A model generated the notes under the pieces. The model was not told the origin of the DNA. It worked only from the letters and a program-made list of their open reading frames with translations, and ran no database searches. A DNA stretch of 64,000 nucleotides from Euprymna scolopes (Eukaryota), in assembly GCA_053919585.1 (NCBI GenBank), contig CM132807.1, one strand, 5' to 3'. The translations under genes and the position numbers were made by a program. This document shows, piece after piece, positions 1-15,000 of the stretch; positions within the stretch are counted from its first letter, which is position 1; every line of letters starts with the position of its first letter.

Positions 1-3000
1 AATGATAAAAAAGATGTAATACTAAAAAGACGTAATGATAAAAAAAGATGTAATACTAAAAAAGACGTAATGATAAAAAAGACGTAATACTAAAAAAGAC
101 GTAATTATAAAAAAAGATGTAATACTAAAAAAGACGTAATGATAAAAAAGATGTAATACTAAAAAAGACGTAATGATAAAAAAAGATGTAATACTAAAAA
201 AGACGTAATGATAAAAAAAGATGTAATACTAAAAAAGACGTAATGAAAAAACAAGATGTAATACTAAAAAAGACGTAATGATAAAAAAAGATGTAATGAT
301 AAAAAAGACGTAATGATAGAAAAGATGTAATACTAAAAAAGACGTAATGATAAAAAAAGATGTAATACTAAAAAAGACGTAATGATAAAAAAGATGTAAT
401 ACTAAAAAGACGTAATGATAAAAAAAGATGTAACACTAAAAAAGATGTAATGAAAAAACAGATGTAATACTAAAAAAGACGTAATGATAAAAAAAGGTGT
501 AATACTAAAAAAGACGTAATGATAAAAAAGATGTAATACTAAAAAAGACGTAATGATAAAAAAGATGTAATACTAAAACACGTAATGATAAAAAAGATGT
601 AATACTAAAAAGACGTAATGATAAAAAAGATGTAATACTAAACAAGACGTAATGATAAAAAAAGGTGTAATACCAAAAAAGACGTAATGATAAAAAGATG
701 TAATACTAAAAAAGACGTAATGATAAAAAAAGATGTAATACTAAAAAAGACGTAATGAAAAAAAAGATGTAATACTAAAAAAGACGTAATGATAAAAAAA
801 AGATGTAATACTAAAAAAGACGTAATGAAAAAAAAAGATGTAATACTAAAAAAGACGTAATTATAAAAAAAGATGTAATACTAAAAAAGACGTAATGATA
901 AAAACGATGTAATACTAAAAAAGACGTAATGATAAAAAAAGATGTAATACTAAAAAAGACGTAATGATAAAAAAGATGTAATACTAAAAAAGACGTAATG
1001 ATAAAAAAGATGTAATACTAAAAAAGACGTAATGATAGAAAAGATGTAATACTAAAAAAGACGTAATGATAAAAAAGGTGTAATACTAAAAAAGACGTAA
1101 TGATAAAAAAGATGTAATACTAAAAAGACGTAATGATAAAAAAAGATGTAACACTAAAAAAGATGTAATGAAAAAAAAAGATGTAATACTAAAAAAGACG
1201 TAATGATAAAAAAGATGTAATACTAAAAAAGACGTAATGATAAAAAAGATGTAATGATAAAAAAGATGTAATACTAAAAAAGACGTAATGATAAACAAGA
1301 TGTAATACTAAAAAAGACGTAATGAAAAAAGATGTAATACTAAAAAAGACATAATGATAAAAAAGATGTAATACTAAAAAAGACGTAATGATAAAAAAGA
1401 TGTAATACTAAAAAAGACGTAATGAAAAAACAAGATGTAATACTAAAAAGACGTAATGATAAAAAAAGATGTAATACTAAAAAAGATGTAATGAAAAAAA
1501 AGATGTAATACTAAAAAAGACGTAATTATAAAAAAAAGATGTAATACTAAAAAATACGTAATGAAAAAAAGATGTAATACTAAAAAAGACGTAATGATAA
1601 AAAAAGATGTAATACTAAAAAAGACGTAATGATAAAAACAGATGTAATACTAAAAAAGACGTAATGAAAAAAAAGATGTAATACTAAAAAAGACGTAATG
1701 ATAAAAAGATGTAATACTAAAAAAGACGTAATAATAAAAAAGATGTAATACTAAAAAAGACGTAATGATAAAAAAAAGATGTAATACTAAAAAAGACGTA
1801 ATGATAAAAAAAAGATGTAATACTAAAAAAGACGTAATGATAAAAAAACGTGTAATACTAAAAAAGACGTAATGATAAAAAAAGATGTAATACTAAAGAC
1901 GTAATGAAAAAAAGATGTAATACTAAAAAAGACGTAATGATAAAAAAAGATGTAATACTAAAAAAGACGTAATGATAAAAAAAGATGTAATACTAAACAA
2001 GACGTAATGAAAAAAAAGATGTAATACTAAAAAAGACGTAATGATAAAAAAAGATGTAATACTAAAAAAGACGTAATGAAAAAAAAGATGTAATTATAAA
2101 AATTATAAAATGTAATACTAAAAAAGACGTAATTATAAAAAAAGATGTAATACTAAAAAAGACGTAATGATAAAAAAGATGTAATACTAAAAAAGACGTA
2201 ATGATAAAAAAGATGTAATACTAAAAAAGACGTAATGATAAAAAAGATGTAATACTAAAAAAGACGTAATGATAGAAAAGATGTAATACTAAAAAAGACG
2301 TAATGATAAAAAAAGATGTAATACTAAAAAAGACGTAATGATAAAAAAGATGTAATACTAAAAAGACGTAATGATAAAAAAAGATGTAATACTAAAAAAG
2401 ACGTAATGATAAAAAAGATGTAATACTAAAAAAGACGTAATTATAAAAAAAGATGTAATACTAAAAAAGACTTAATGATAAAAAAGATGTAATACTAAAA
2501 AAGACGTAATGATAAAAAAAGATGTAATACTAAAAAAGACGTAATGATAAAAAAAGATGTAATACTAAAAAAGACGTAATGAAAAAACAAGATGTAATAC
2601 TAAAAAAGACGTAATGATAAAAAAAGATGTAATGATAAAAAAGACGTAATGATAGAAAAGATGTAATACTAAAAAAGACGTAATGATAAAAAAAGATGTA
2701 ATACTAAAAAAGACGTAATGATAAAAAAGATGTAATACTAAAAAGACGTAATGATAAAAAAAGATGTAACACTAAAAAAGATGTAATGAAAAAAAAGATG
2801 TAATACTAAAAAAGACGTAATAATAAAAAAAACGTGTAATACTAAAAAAGACGTAATGATAAAAAAGATGTAATACTAAAAAAGACGTAATGATAAAAAA
2901 GACGTAATGATAGAAAAGATGTAATACTAAAAAAGACGTAATGATAAAAAAAACGTGTAATACTAAAAAAGACGTAATGATAAAAAAGATGTAATACTAA

Positions 3001-6000
3001 AAAAGACGTAATGATAAAAAAGATGTAATACTAAAACACGTAATGATAATAAAGATGTAATACTAAAAAGACGTAATGATAAAAAAGATGTAATACTAAA
3101 AAAGACGTAATGATAAAAAAAGGTGTAATACCAAAAAAGACGTAATGATAAAAAGATGTAATACTAAAAAAGACGTAATAATAAAAAAGATGTAATACTA
3201 AAAAAGACGTAATGATAAAAAAAAGATGTAATACTAAAAAAGACGTAATGATAAAAAAAAGATGTAATACTAAAAAAGACGTAATGATAAAAAAAGATGT
3301 AATACTAAAAAAGACGTAATGATAAAAAAGATGTAATACTAAAAAGACGTAATGATAAAAAAAGATGTAACACTAAAAAAGATGTAATGAAAAAACAAGA
3401 TGTAATACTAAAAAGACGTAATGATAAAAAAAGATGTAATACTAAAAAAGACGTAATGAAAAAAAAGATGTAATACTAAAAAAGACGTAAAGATAAAAAA
3501 AGATGTAATACTAAAAAAGACGTAATGAAAAAAAAGATGTAATACTAAAAAAGACGTAATTATAAAAAAAGATGTAATACTAAAAAAGACGTAATGATAA
3601 AAAAGATGTAATACTAAAAAAGACGTAATGATAAAAAAAGATGTAATACTAAAAAAGACGTAATGATAAAAAAGATGTAATACTAAAAAAGACGTAATGA
3701 TAGAAAAGATGTAATACTAAAAAAGACGTAATGATAAAAAAAGATGTAATACTAAAAAAGACGTAATGATAAAAAAGATGTAATACTAAAAAGACGTAAT
3801 GATAAAAAAAGATGTAACACTAAAAAAGATGTAATGAAAAAACAAGATGTAATACTAAAAAGACGTAATGATAAAAAAAGATGTAATACTAAAAAAGATG
3901 TAATGAAAAAAAAGATGTAATACTAAAAAAGACGTAATGATAAAAAAGATGTAATACTAAAAAAGACGTAATGATAAAAAAGATGTAATACTAAAAAAGA
4001 CGTAATGATAAAAAAGATGTAATACTAAAAAAGACGTAATGATAGAAAAGATGTAATACTAAAAAAGACGTAATGATAAAAAAAGATGTAATACTAAAAA
4101 AGACGTAATGATAAAAAAGATGTAATACTAAAAAGACGTAATGATAAAAAAAGATGTAATACTAAAAAAGACGTAATGATAAAAAAGATGTAATACTAAA
4201 AAAGACGTAATTATAAAAAAAGATGTAATACTAAAAAAGACTTAATGATAAAAAAGATGTAATACTAAAAAAGACGTAATGATAAAAAAAGATGTAATAC
4301 TAAAAAAGACGTAATGATAAAAAAAGATGTAATACTAAAAAAGACGTAATGAAAAAACAAGATGTAATACTAAAAAAGACGTAATGATAAAAAAAGATGT
4401 AATGATAAAAAAGACGTAATGATAGAAAAGATGTAATACTAAAAAAGACGTAATGATAAAAAAAGATGTAATACTAAAAAAGACGTAATGATAAAAAAGA
4501 TGTAATACTAAAAAGACGTAATGATAAAAAAAGATGTAACACTAAAAAAGATGTAATGAAAAAAAAGATGTAATACTAAAAAAGACGTAATAATAAAAAA
4601 AACGTGTAATACTAAAAAAGACGTAATGATAAAAAAGATGTAATACTAAAAAAGACGTAATGATAAAAAAGACGTAATGATAGAAAAGATGTAATACTAA
4701 AAAAGACGTAATGATAAAAAAAAAACGTGTAATACTAAAAAAGACGTAATGATAAAAAAGATGTAATACTAAAAAAGACGTAATGATAAAAAAGATGTAA
4801 TACTAAAACACGTAATGATAATAAAGATGTAATACTAAAAAGACGTAATGATAAAAAAGATGTAATACTAAAAAAGACGTAATGATAAAAAAAGGTGTAA
4901 TACCAAAAAAGACGTAATGATAAAAAGATGTAATACTAAAAAAGACGTAATAATAAAAAAGATGTAATACTAAAAAAGACGTAATGATAAAAAAAAGATG
5001 TAATACTAAAAAAGACGTAATGATAAAAAAAAGATGTAATACTAAAAAAGACGTAATGATAAAAAAAGATGTAATACTAAAAAAGACGTAATGATAAAAA
5101 AGATGTAATACTAAAAAGACGTAATGATAAAAAAAGATGTAACACTAAAAAAGATGTAATGAAAAAACAAGATGTAATACTAAAAAGACGTAATGATAAA
5201 AAAAGATGTAATACTAAAAAAGACGTAATGAAAAAAAAGATGTAATACTAAAAAAGACGTAAAGATAAAAAAAGATGTAATACTAAAAAAGACGTAATGA
5301 AAAAAAAGATGTAATACTAAAAAAGACGTAATTATAAAAAAAGATGTAATACTAAAAAAGACGTAATGATAAAAAAGATGTAATACTAAAAAAGACGTAA
5401 TGATCAAAAAAGATGTAATACTAAAAAAGACGTAATGATAAAAAAGATGTAATACTAAAAAAGACGTAATGATAGAAAAGATGTAATACTAAAAAAGACG
5501 TAATGATAAAAAAAGATGTAATACTAAAAAAGACGTAATGATAAAAAAGATGTAATACTAAAAAGACGTAATGATAAAAAAAGATGTAACACTAAAAAAG
5601 ATGTAATGAAAAAACAAGATGTAATACTAAAAAGACGTAATGATAAAAAAAGATGTAATACTAAAAAAGATGTAATGAAAAAAAAGATGTAATACTAAAA
5701 AAGACGTAATGAAAAAAAAGATGTAATACTAAAAAAGACGTAATTATAAAAAAAAGATGTAATACTAAAAAATACGTAATGAAAAAAAGATGTAATACTA
5801 AAAAAGACGTAATGATAAAAAAAGATGTAATACTAAAAAAGACGTAATGATAAAAACAGATGTAATACTAAAAAAGACGTAATGAAAAAAAGATGTAATT
5901 ATAAAAATTATAAAATGTAATACTAAAAAAGACGTAATTATAAAAAAAGATGTAATACTAAAAAAGACGTAATGATAAAAAAAGATGTAATACTAAAAAA

Positions 6001-9000
6001 GACGTAATGATAAAAAAAGATGTAATACTAAAAAAGACGTAATGATACAAAAGATGTAATACTAAAAAAGACGTAATGAAAAAACAAGATGTAATACTAA
6101 AAAAGACGTAATGATAAAAAAAGATGTAATACTAAAAAAGACGTAATGATAAAAAAAGATGTAATACTAAAAAAGACGTAATGATAAAAAAGATGTAATA
6201 CTAAAAAAGACGTAATGATAAAAAAGATGTAATACTAAAAAGACGTAATGATAGAAAAGATGTAATACTAAAAAAGACGTAATGATAAAAAAAGATGTAA
6301 TACTAAAAAAGACGTAATGATAAAAAAGATGTAATACTAAAAAGACGTAATGATAAATTAAGATGTAATACTAAAAAAGACGTAATGATAAAAAAGATGT
6401 AATACTAAAAAAGACGTAATTATAAAAAAAGATGTAATACTAAAAAAGACGTAATGATAAAAAAGATGTAATACTAAAAAAGACGTAATGATAAAAAAAG
6501 ATGTAATACTAAAAAAGACGTAATGATAAAAAAAGATGTAATACTAAAAAAGACGTAATGAAAAAACAAGATGTAATACTAAAAAAGACGTAATGATAAA
6601 AAAAGATGTAATGATAAAAAAGACGTAATGATAGAAAAGATGTAATACTAAAAAAGACGTAATGATAAAAAAAGATGTAATACTAAAAAAGACGTAATGA
6701 TAAAAAAGATGTAATACTAAAAAGACGTAATGATAAAAAAAGATGTAACACTAAAAAAGATGTAATGAAAAAAAAGATGTAATACTAAAAAAGACGTAAT
6801 GATAAAAAAAACGTGTAATACTAAAAAAGACGTAATGATAAAAAAGATGTAATACTAAAAAAGACGTAATGATAAAAAAGATGTAATACTAAAACACGTA
6901 ATGATAATAAAGATGTAATACTAAAAAGACGTAATGATAAAAAAGATGTAATACTAAAAAAGACGTAATGATAAAAAAACGTGTAATACTAAAAAAGACG
7001 TAATGATAAAAAAGATGTAATACTAAAAAAGACGTAATGAAAAAAAGATGTAATACTAAAAAAGACGTAATGATAAAAAAAGATGTAATACTAAAAAAGA
7101 CATAATGATAAAAATAGATGTAATACTAAAAAAGACGTAATGATAAAAAAGATGTAATACTAAAAAGACGTAATGATAAAAAAAGATGTAACACTAAAAA
7201 AGATGTAATGAAAAAAAAAGATGTAATACTAAAAAGACGTAATGATAAAAAAAGATGTAACACTAAAAAAGATGTAATGAAAAAAAAGATGTAACACTAA
7301 AAAAGACGTAATTATAAAAAAAGATGTAAAAAAAAAAGACGTAATTATAAAAAAAGATGTAAAAAAAATGTAAAAAGATGTAATACTAAAAAAGACGTAA
7401 TTAAAAAAAAAGATGTAATACTAAAAAAGACGTAATGATAAAAAAGATGTAATACTAAAAAAGACGTAATGATAAAAAAAGATGTAATACTAAAAAAGAC
7501 GTAATGATAAAAAAGATGTAACACTAAAAAAGACGTAATGAAAAAAAAGATGTAATACTAAAAAGACGTAATGATAAAAAAGATGTAATACTAAAAAAGA
7601 CGTAATGATAAAAAAAGGTGTAATACCAAAAAAGACGTAATGATAAAAAGATGTAATACTAAAAAAGACGTAATAATAAAAAAGATGTAATACTAAAAAA
7701 GACGTAATAATAAAAAAAAGATGTAATACTAAAAAAGACGTAATGATAAAAAAAAGATGTAATACTAAAAAAGACGTAATGATAAAAAAACGTGTAATAC
7801 TAAAAAAGACGTAATGATAAAAAAAGATGTAATACTAAAAAAGACGTAATGAAAAAAAAGATGTAATACTAAAAAAGACGTAATGATAAAAAAAGATGTA
7901 ATACTAAAAAAGACGTAATGAAAAAAAAGATGTAATACTAAAAAAGACGTAATTATAAAAAAAGATGTAATACTAAAAAAGACGTAATGATAAAAAAGAT
8001 GTAATACTAAAAAAGACGTAATGATAAAAAAAGATGTAATACTAAAAAAGACGTAATGATAAAAAAGATGTAATACTAAAAAAGACGTAATGATAGAAAA
8101 GATGTAATACTAAAAAAGACGTAATGATAAAAATAGATGTAATACTAAAAAAGACGTAATGATAAAAAAGATGTAATACTAAAAAGACGTAATGATAAAA
8201 AAAGATGTAACACTAAAAAAGATGTAATGAAAAAAAAAGATGTAATACTAAAAAGACGTAATGATAAAAAAAGATGTAACACTAAAAAAGATGTAATGAT
8301 AAAAAAAGATGTAATACTAAAAAAGACGTAATGATAAAAAAAGATGTAATACTAAAAAAGACGTAATGATAAAAAAGATGTAATACTAAAAAGACGTAAT
8401 GATAAAAAAAGATGTAATACTAAAAAAGACGTAATGATAAAAAAGATGTAATACTAAAAAAGTCGTAATTATAAAAAAAGATGTAATACTAAAAAAGACG
8501 TAATGATAAAAAAGATGTAATACTAAAAAAGACGTAATGATAAAAAAAGATGTAATACTAAAAAAGAGGTAATGATAAAAAAAGATGTAATACTAAAAAA
8601 GACGTAATGAAAAAACAAGGTGTAATACTAAAAAAGACGTAATGATAAAAAAAGATGTAATGATAAAAAAGACGTAATGATAGAAAAGATGTAATACTAA
8701 AAAAGACGTAATGATAAAAAAAGATGTAATACTAAAAAAGACGTAATGATAAAAAAGATGTAATACTAAAAAGACGTAATGATAAAAAAAGATGTAACAC
8801 TAAAAAAGATGTAATGAAAAAAAAGATGTAATACTAAAAAAGACGTAATGATAAAAAAGGTGTAATACTAAAAAAGACGTAATGATAAAAAAGATGTAAT
8901 ACTAAAAAAGACGTAATGAAAAAAAGATGTAATACTAAAAAAGACGTAATGATAAAAAAAGATGTAATACTAAAAAAGACATAATGATAAAAATAGATGT

Positions 9001-12000
9001 AATACTAAAAAAGACGTAATGATAAAAAAGATGTAATACTAAAAAGACGTAATGATAAAAAAAGATGTAATACTAAAAAAGACGTAATGATAAAAAAGAT
9101 GTAATACTAAAAAGACGTAATGATAAAAAAAGATGTAACACTAAAAAAGATGTAATGAAAAAAAAGATGTAATACTAAAAAAGACGTAATAATAAAAAAA
9201 ACGTGTAATACTAAAAAAGACGTAATGATAAAAAAGATGTAATACTAAAAAAGACGTAATGATAAAAAAGACGTAATGATAGAAAAGATGTAATACTAAA
9301 AAAGACGTAATGATAAAAAAAAAACGTGTAATACTAAAAAAGACGTAATGATAAAAAAGATGTAATACTAAAAAAGACGTAATGATAAAAAAGATGTAAT
9401 ACTAAAACACGTAATGATAATAAAGATGTAATACTAAAAAGACGTAATGATAAAAAAGATGTAATACTAAAAAAGACGTAATGATAAAAAAAGGTGTAAT
9501 ACCAAAAAAGACGTAATGATAAAAAGATGTAATACTAAAAAAGACGTAATAATAAAAAAGATGTAATACTAAAAAAGACGTAATGATAAAAAAAAGATGT
9601 AATACTAAAAAAGACGTAATGATAAAAAAAAGATGTAATACTAAAAAAGACGTAATGATAAAAAAAGATGTAATACTAAAAAAGACGTAATGATAAAAAA
9701 GATGTAATACTAAAAAGACGTAATGATAAAAAAAGATGTAACACTAAAAAAGATGTAATGAAAAAACAAGATGTAATACTAAAAAGACGTAATGATAAAA
9801 AAAGATGTAATACTAAAAAAGACGTAATGAAAAAAAAGATGTAATACTAAAAAAGACGTAAAGATAAAAAAAGATGTAATACTAAAAAAGACGTAATGAA
9901 AAAAAAGATGTAATACTAAAAAAGACGTAATTATAAAAAAAGATGTAATACTAAAAAAGACGTAATGATAAAAAAGATGTAATACTAAAAAAGACGTAAT
10001 GATCAAAAAAGATGTAATACTAAAAAAGACGTAATGATAAAAAAGATGTAATACTAAAAAAGACGTAATGATAGAAAAGATGTAATACTAAAAAAGACGT
10101 AATGATAAAAAAAGATGTAATACTAAAAAAGACGTAATGATAAAAAAGATGTAATACTAAAAAGACGTAATGATAAAAAAAGATGTAACACTAAAAAAGA
10201 TGTAATGAAAAAACAAGATGTAATACTAAAAAGACGTAATGATAAAAAAAGATGTAATACTAAAAAAGATGTAATGAAAAAAAAGATGTAATACTAAAAA
10301 AGACGTAATGAAAAAAAAGATGTAATACTAAAAAAGACGTAATTATAAAAAAAAGATGTAATACTAAAAAATACGTAATGAAAAAAAGATGTAATACTAA
10401 AAAAGACGTAATGATAAAAAAAGATGTAATACTAAAAAAGACGTAATGATAAAAACAGATGTAATACTAAAAAAGACGTAATGAAAAAAAGATGTAATTA
10501 TAAAAATTATAAAATGTAATACTAAAAAAGACGTAATTATAAAAAAAGATGTAATACTAAAAAAGACGTAATGATAAAAAAAGATGTAATACTAAAAAAG
10601 ACGTAATGATAAAAAAAGATGTAATACTAAAAAAGACGTAATGATACAAAAGATGTAATACTAAAAAAGACGTAATGAAAAAACAAGATGTAATACTAAA
10701 AAAGACGTAATGATAAAAAAAGATGTAATACTAAAAAAGACGTAATGATAAAAAAAGATGTAATACTAAAAAAGACGTAATGATAAAAAAGATGTAATAC
10801 TAAAAAAGACGTAATGATAAAAAAGATGTAATACTAAAAAGACGTAATGATAGAAAAGATGTAATACTAAAAAAGACGTAATGATAAAAAAAGATGTAAT
10901 ACTAAAAAAGACGTAATGATAAAAAAGATGTAATACTAAAAAGACGTAATGATAAATTAAGATGTAATACTAAAAAAGACGTAATGATAAAAAAGATGTA
11001 ATACTAAAAAAGACGTAATTATAAAAAAAGATGTAATACTAAAAAAGACGTAATGATAAAAAAGATGTAATACTAAAAAAGACGTAATGATAAAAAAAGA
11101 TGTAATACTAAAAAAGACGTAATGATAAAAAAAGATGTAATACTAAAAAAGACGTAATGAAAAAACAAGATGTAATACTAAAAAAGACGTAATGATAAAA
11201 AAAGATGTAATGATAAAAAAGACGTAATGATAGAAAAGATGTAATACTAAAAAAGACGTAATGATAAAAAAAGATGTAATACTAAAAAAGACGTAATGAT
11301 AAAAAAGATGTAATACTAAAAAGACGTAATGATAAAAAAAGATGTAACACTAAAAAAGATGTAATGAAAAAAAAGATGTAATACTAAAAAAGACGTAATG
11401 ATAAAAAAAACGTGTAATACTAAAAAAGACGTAATGATAAAAAAGATGTAATACTAAAAAAGACGTAATGATAAAAAAGATGTAATACTAAAACACGTAA
11501 TGATAATAAAGATGTAATACTAAAAAGACGTAATGATAAAAAAGATGTAATACTAAAAAAGACGTAATGATAAAAAAACGTGTAATACTAAAAAAGACGT
11601 AATGATAAAAAAGATGTAATACTAAAAAAGACGTAATGAAAAAAAGATGTAATACTAAAAAAGACGTAATGATAAAAAAAGATGTAATACTAAAAAAGAC
11701 ATAATGATAAAAATAGATGTAATACTAAAAAAGACGTAATGATAAAAAAGATGTAATACTAAAAAGACGTAATGATAAAAAAAGATGTAACACTAAAAAA
11801 GATGTAATGAAAAAAAAAGATGTAATACTAAAAAGACGTAATGATAAAAAAAGATGTAACACTAAAAAAGATGTAATGAAAAAAAAGATGTAACACTAAA
11901 AAAGACGTAATTATAAAAAAAGATGTAAAAAAAAAAGACGTAATTATAAAAAAAGATGTAAAAAAAATGTAAAAAGATGTAATACTAAAAAAGACGTAAT

Positions 12001-15000
12001 TAAAAAAAAAGATGTAATACTAAAAAAGACGTAATGATAAAAAAGATGTAATACTAAAAAAGACGTAATGATAAAAAAAGATGTAATACTAAAAAAGACG
12101 TAATGATAAAAAAGATGTAACACTAAAAAAGACGTAATGAAAAAAAAGATGTAATACTAAAAAGACGTAATGATAAAAAAGATGTAATACTAAAAAAGAC
12201 GTAATGATAAAAAAAGGTGTAATACCAAAAAAGACGTAATGATAAAAAGATGTAATACTAAAAAAGACGTAATAATAAAAAAGATGTAATACTAAAAAAG
12301 ACGTAATAATAAAAAAAAGATGTAATACTAAAAAAGACGTAATGATAAAAAAAAGATGTAATACTAAAAAAGACGTAATGATAAAAAAACGTGTAATACT
12401 AAAAAAGACGTAATGATAAAAAAAGATGTAATACTAAAAAAGACGTAATGAAAAAAAAGATGTAATACTAAAAAAGACGTAATGATAAAAAAAGATGTAA
12501 TACTAAAAAAGACGTAATGAAAAAAAAGATGTAATACTAAAAAAGACGTAATTATAAAAAAAGATGTAATACTAAAAAAGACGTAATGATAAAAAAGATG
12601 TAATACTAAAAAAGACGTAATGATAAAAAAAGATGTAATACTAAAAAAGACGTAATGATAAAAAAGATGTAATACTAAAAAAGACGTAATGATAGAAAAG
12701 ATGTAATACTAAAAAAGACGTAATGATAAAAATAGATGTAATACTAAAAAAGACGTAATGATAAAAAAGATGTAATACTAAAAAGACGTAATGATAAAAA
12801 AAGATGTAACACTAAAAAAGATGTAATGAAAAAAAAAGATGTAATACTAAAAAGACGTAATGATAAAAAAAGATGTAACACTAAAAAAGATGTAATGATA
12901 AAAAAAGATGTAATACTAAAAAAGACGTAATGATAAAAAAAGATGTAATACTAAAAAAGACGTAATGATAAAAAAGATGTAATACTAAAAAGACGTAATG
13001 ATAAAAAAAGATGTAATACTAAAAAAGACGTAATGATAAAAAAGATGTAATACTAAAAAAGTCGTAATTATAAAAAAAGATGTAATACTAAAAAAGACGT
13101 AATGATAAAAAAGATGTAATACTAAAAAAGACGTAATGATAAAAAAAGATGTAATACTAAAAAAGAGGTAATGATAAAAAAAGATGTAATACTAAAAAAG
13201 ACGTAATGAAAAAACAAGGTGTAATACTAAAAAAGACGTAATGATAAAAAAAGATGTAATGATAAAAAAGACGTAATGATAGAAAAGATGTAATACTAAA
13301 AAAGACGTAATGATAAAAAAAGATGTAATACTAAAAAAGACGTAATGATAAAAAAGATGTAATACTAAAAAGACGTAATGATAAAAAAAGATGTAACACT
13401 AAAAAAGATGTAATGAAAAAAAAGATGTAATACTAAAAAAGACGTAATGATAAAAAAGGTGTAATACTAAAAAAGACGTAATGATAAAAAAGATGTAATA
13501 CTAAAAAAGACGTAATGAAAAAAAGATGTAATACTAAAAAAGACGTAATGATAAAAAAAGATGTAATACTAAAAAAGACATAATGATAAAAATAGATGTA
13601 ATACTAAAAAAGACGTAATGATAAAAAAGATGTAATACTAAAAAGACGTAATGATAAAAAAAGATGTAACACTAAAAAAGATGTAATGAAAAAAAAAGAT
13701 GTAATACTAAAAAGACGTAATGATAAAAAAAGATGTAACACTAAAAAAGATGTAATGAAAAAAAAGATGTAACACTAAAAAAGACGTAATTATAAAAAAA
13801 GATGTAAAAAAAAAAAAGACGTAATTATAAAAAAAGATGTAAAAAAAATGTAAAAAGATGTAATACTAAAAAAGACGTAATTAAAAAAAAGATGTAATAC
13901 TAAAAAAGACGTAATGATAAAAAAGATGTAATACTAAAAAAGACGTAATGATAAAAAAAGATGTAATACTAAAAAAGACGTAATGATAAAAAAGATGTAA
14001 TACTAAAAAAGACGTAATGAAAAAAAAGATGTAATACTAAAAAGACGTAATGATAAAAAAGATGTAATACTAAAAAAGACGTAATGATAAAAAAAGGTGT
14101 AATACCAAAAAAGACGTAATGATAAAAAGATGTAATACTAAAAAAGACGTAATAATAAAAAAGATGTAATACTAAAAAAGACGTAATAATAAAAAAAAGA
14201 TGTAATACTAAAAAAGACGTAATGATAAAAAAAAGATGTAATACTAAAAAAGACGTAATGATAAAAAAACGTGTAATACTAAAAAAGACGTAATGATAAA
14301 AAAAGATGTAATACTAAAAAAGACGTAATGAAAAAAAAGATGTAATACTAAAAAAGACGTAATGATAAAAAAAGATGTAATACTAAAAAAGACGTAATGA
14401 AAAAAAAGATGTAATACTAAAAAAGACGTAATTATAAAAAAAGATGTAATACTAAAAAAGACGTAATGATAAAAAAGATGTAATACTAAAAAAGACGTAA
14501 TGATAAAAAAAGATGTAATACTAAAAAAGACGTAATGATAAAAAAGATGTAATACTAAAAAAGACGTAATGATAGAAAAGATGTAATACTAAAAAAGACG
14601 TAATGATAAAAATAGATGTAATACTAAAAAAGACGTAATGATAAAAAAGATGTAATACTAAAAAGACGTAATGATAAAAAAAGATGTAACACTAAAAAAG
14701 ATGTAATGAAAAAAAAAGATGTAATACTAAAAAGACGTAATGATAAAAAAAGATGTAACACTAAAAAAGATGTAATGATAAAAAAAGATGTAATACTAAA
14801 AAAGACGTAATGATAAAAAAAGATGTAATACTAAAAAAGACGTAATGATAAAAAAGATGTAATACTAAAAAGACGTAATGATAAAAAAAGATGTAATACT
14901 AAAAAAGACGTAATGATAAAAAAGATGTAATACTAAAAAGACGTAATGATAAAAAAAGATGTAATACTAAAAAAGACGTAATGATAAAAAAGATGTAATA

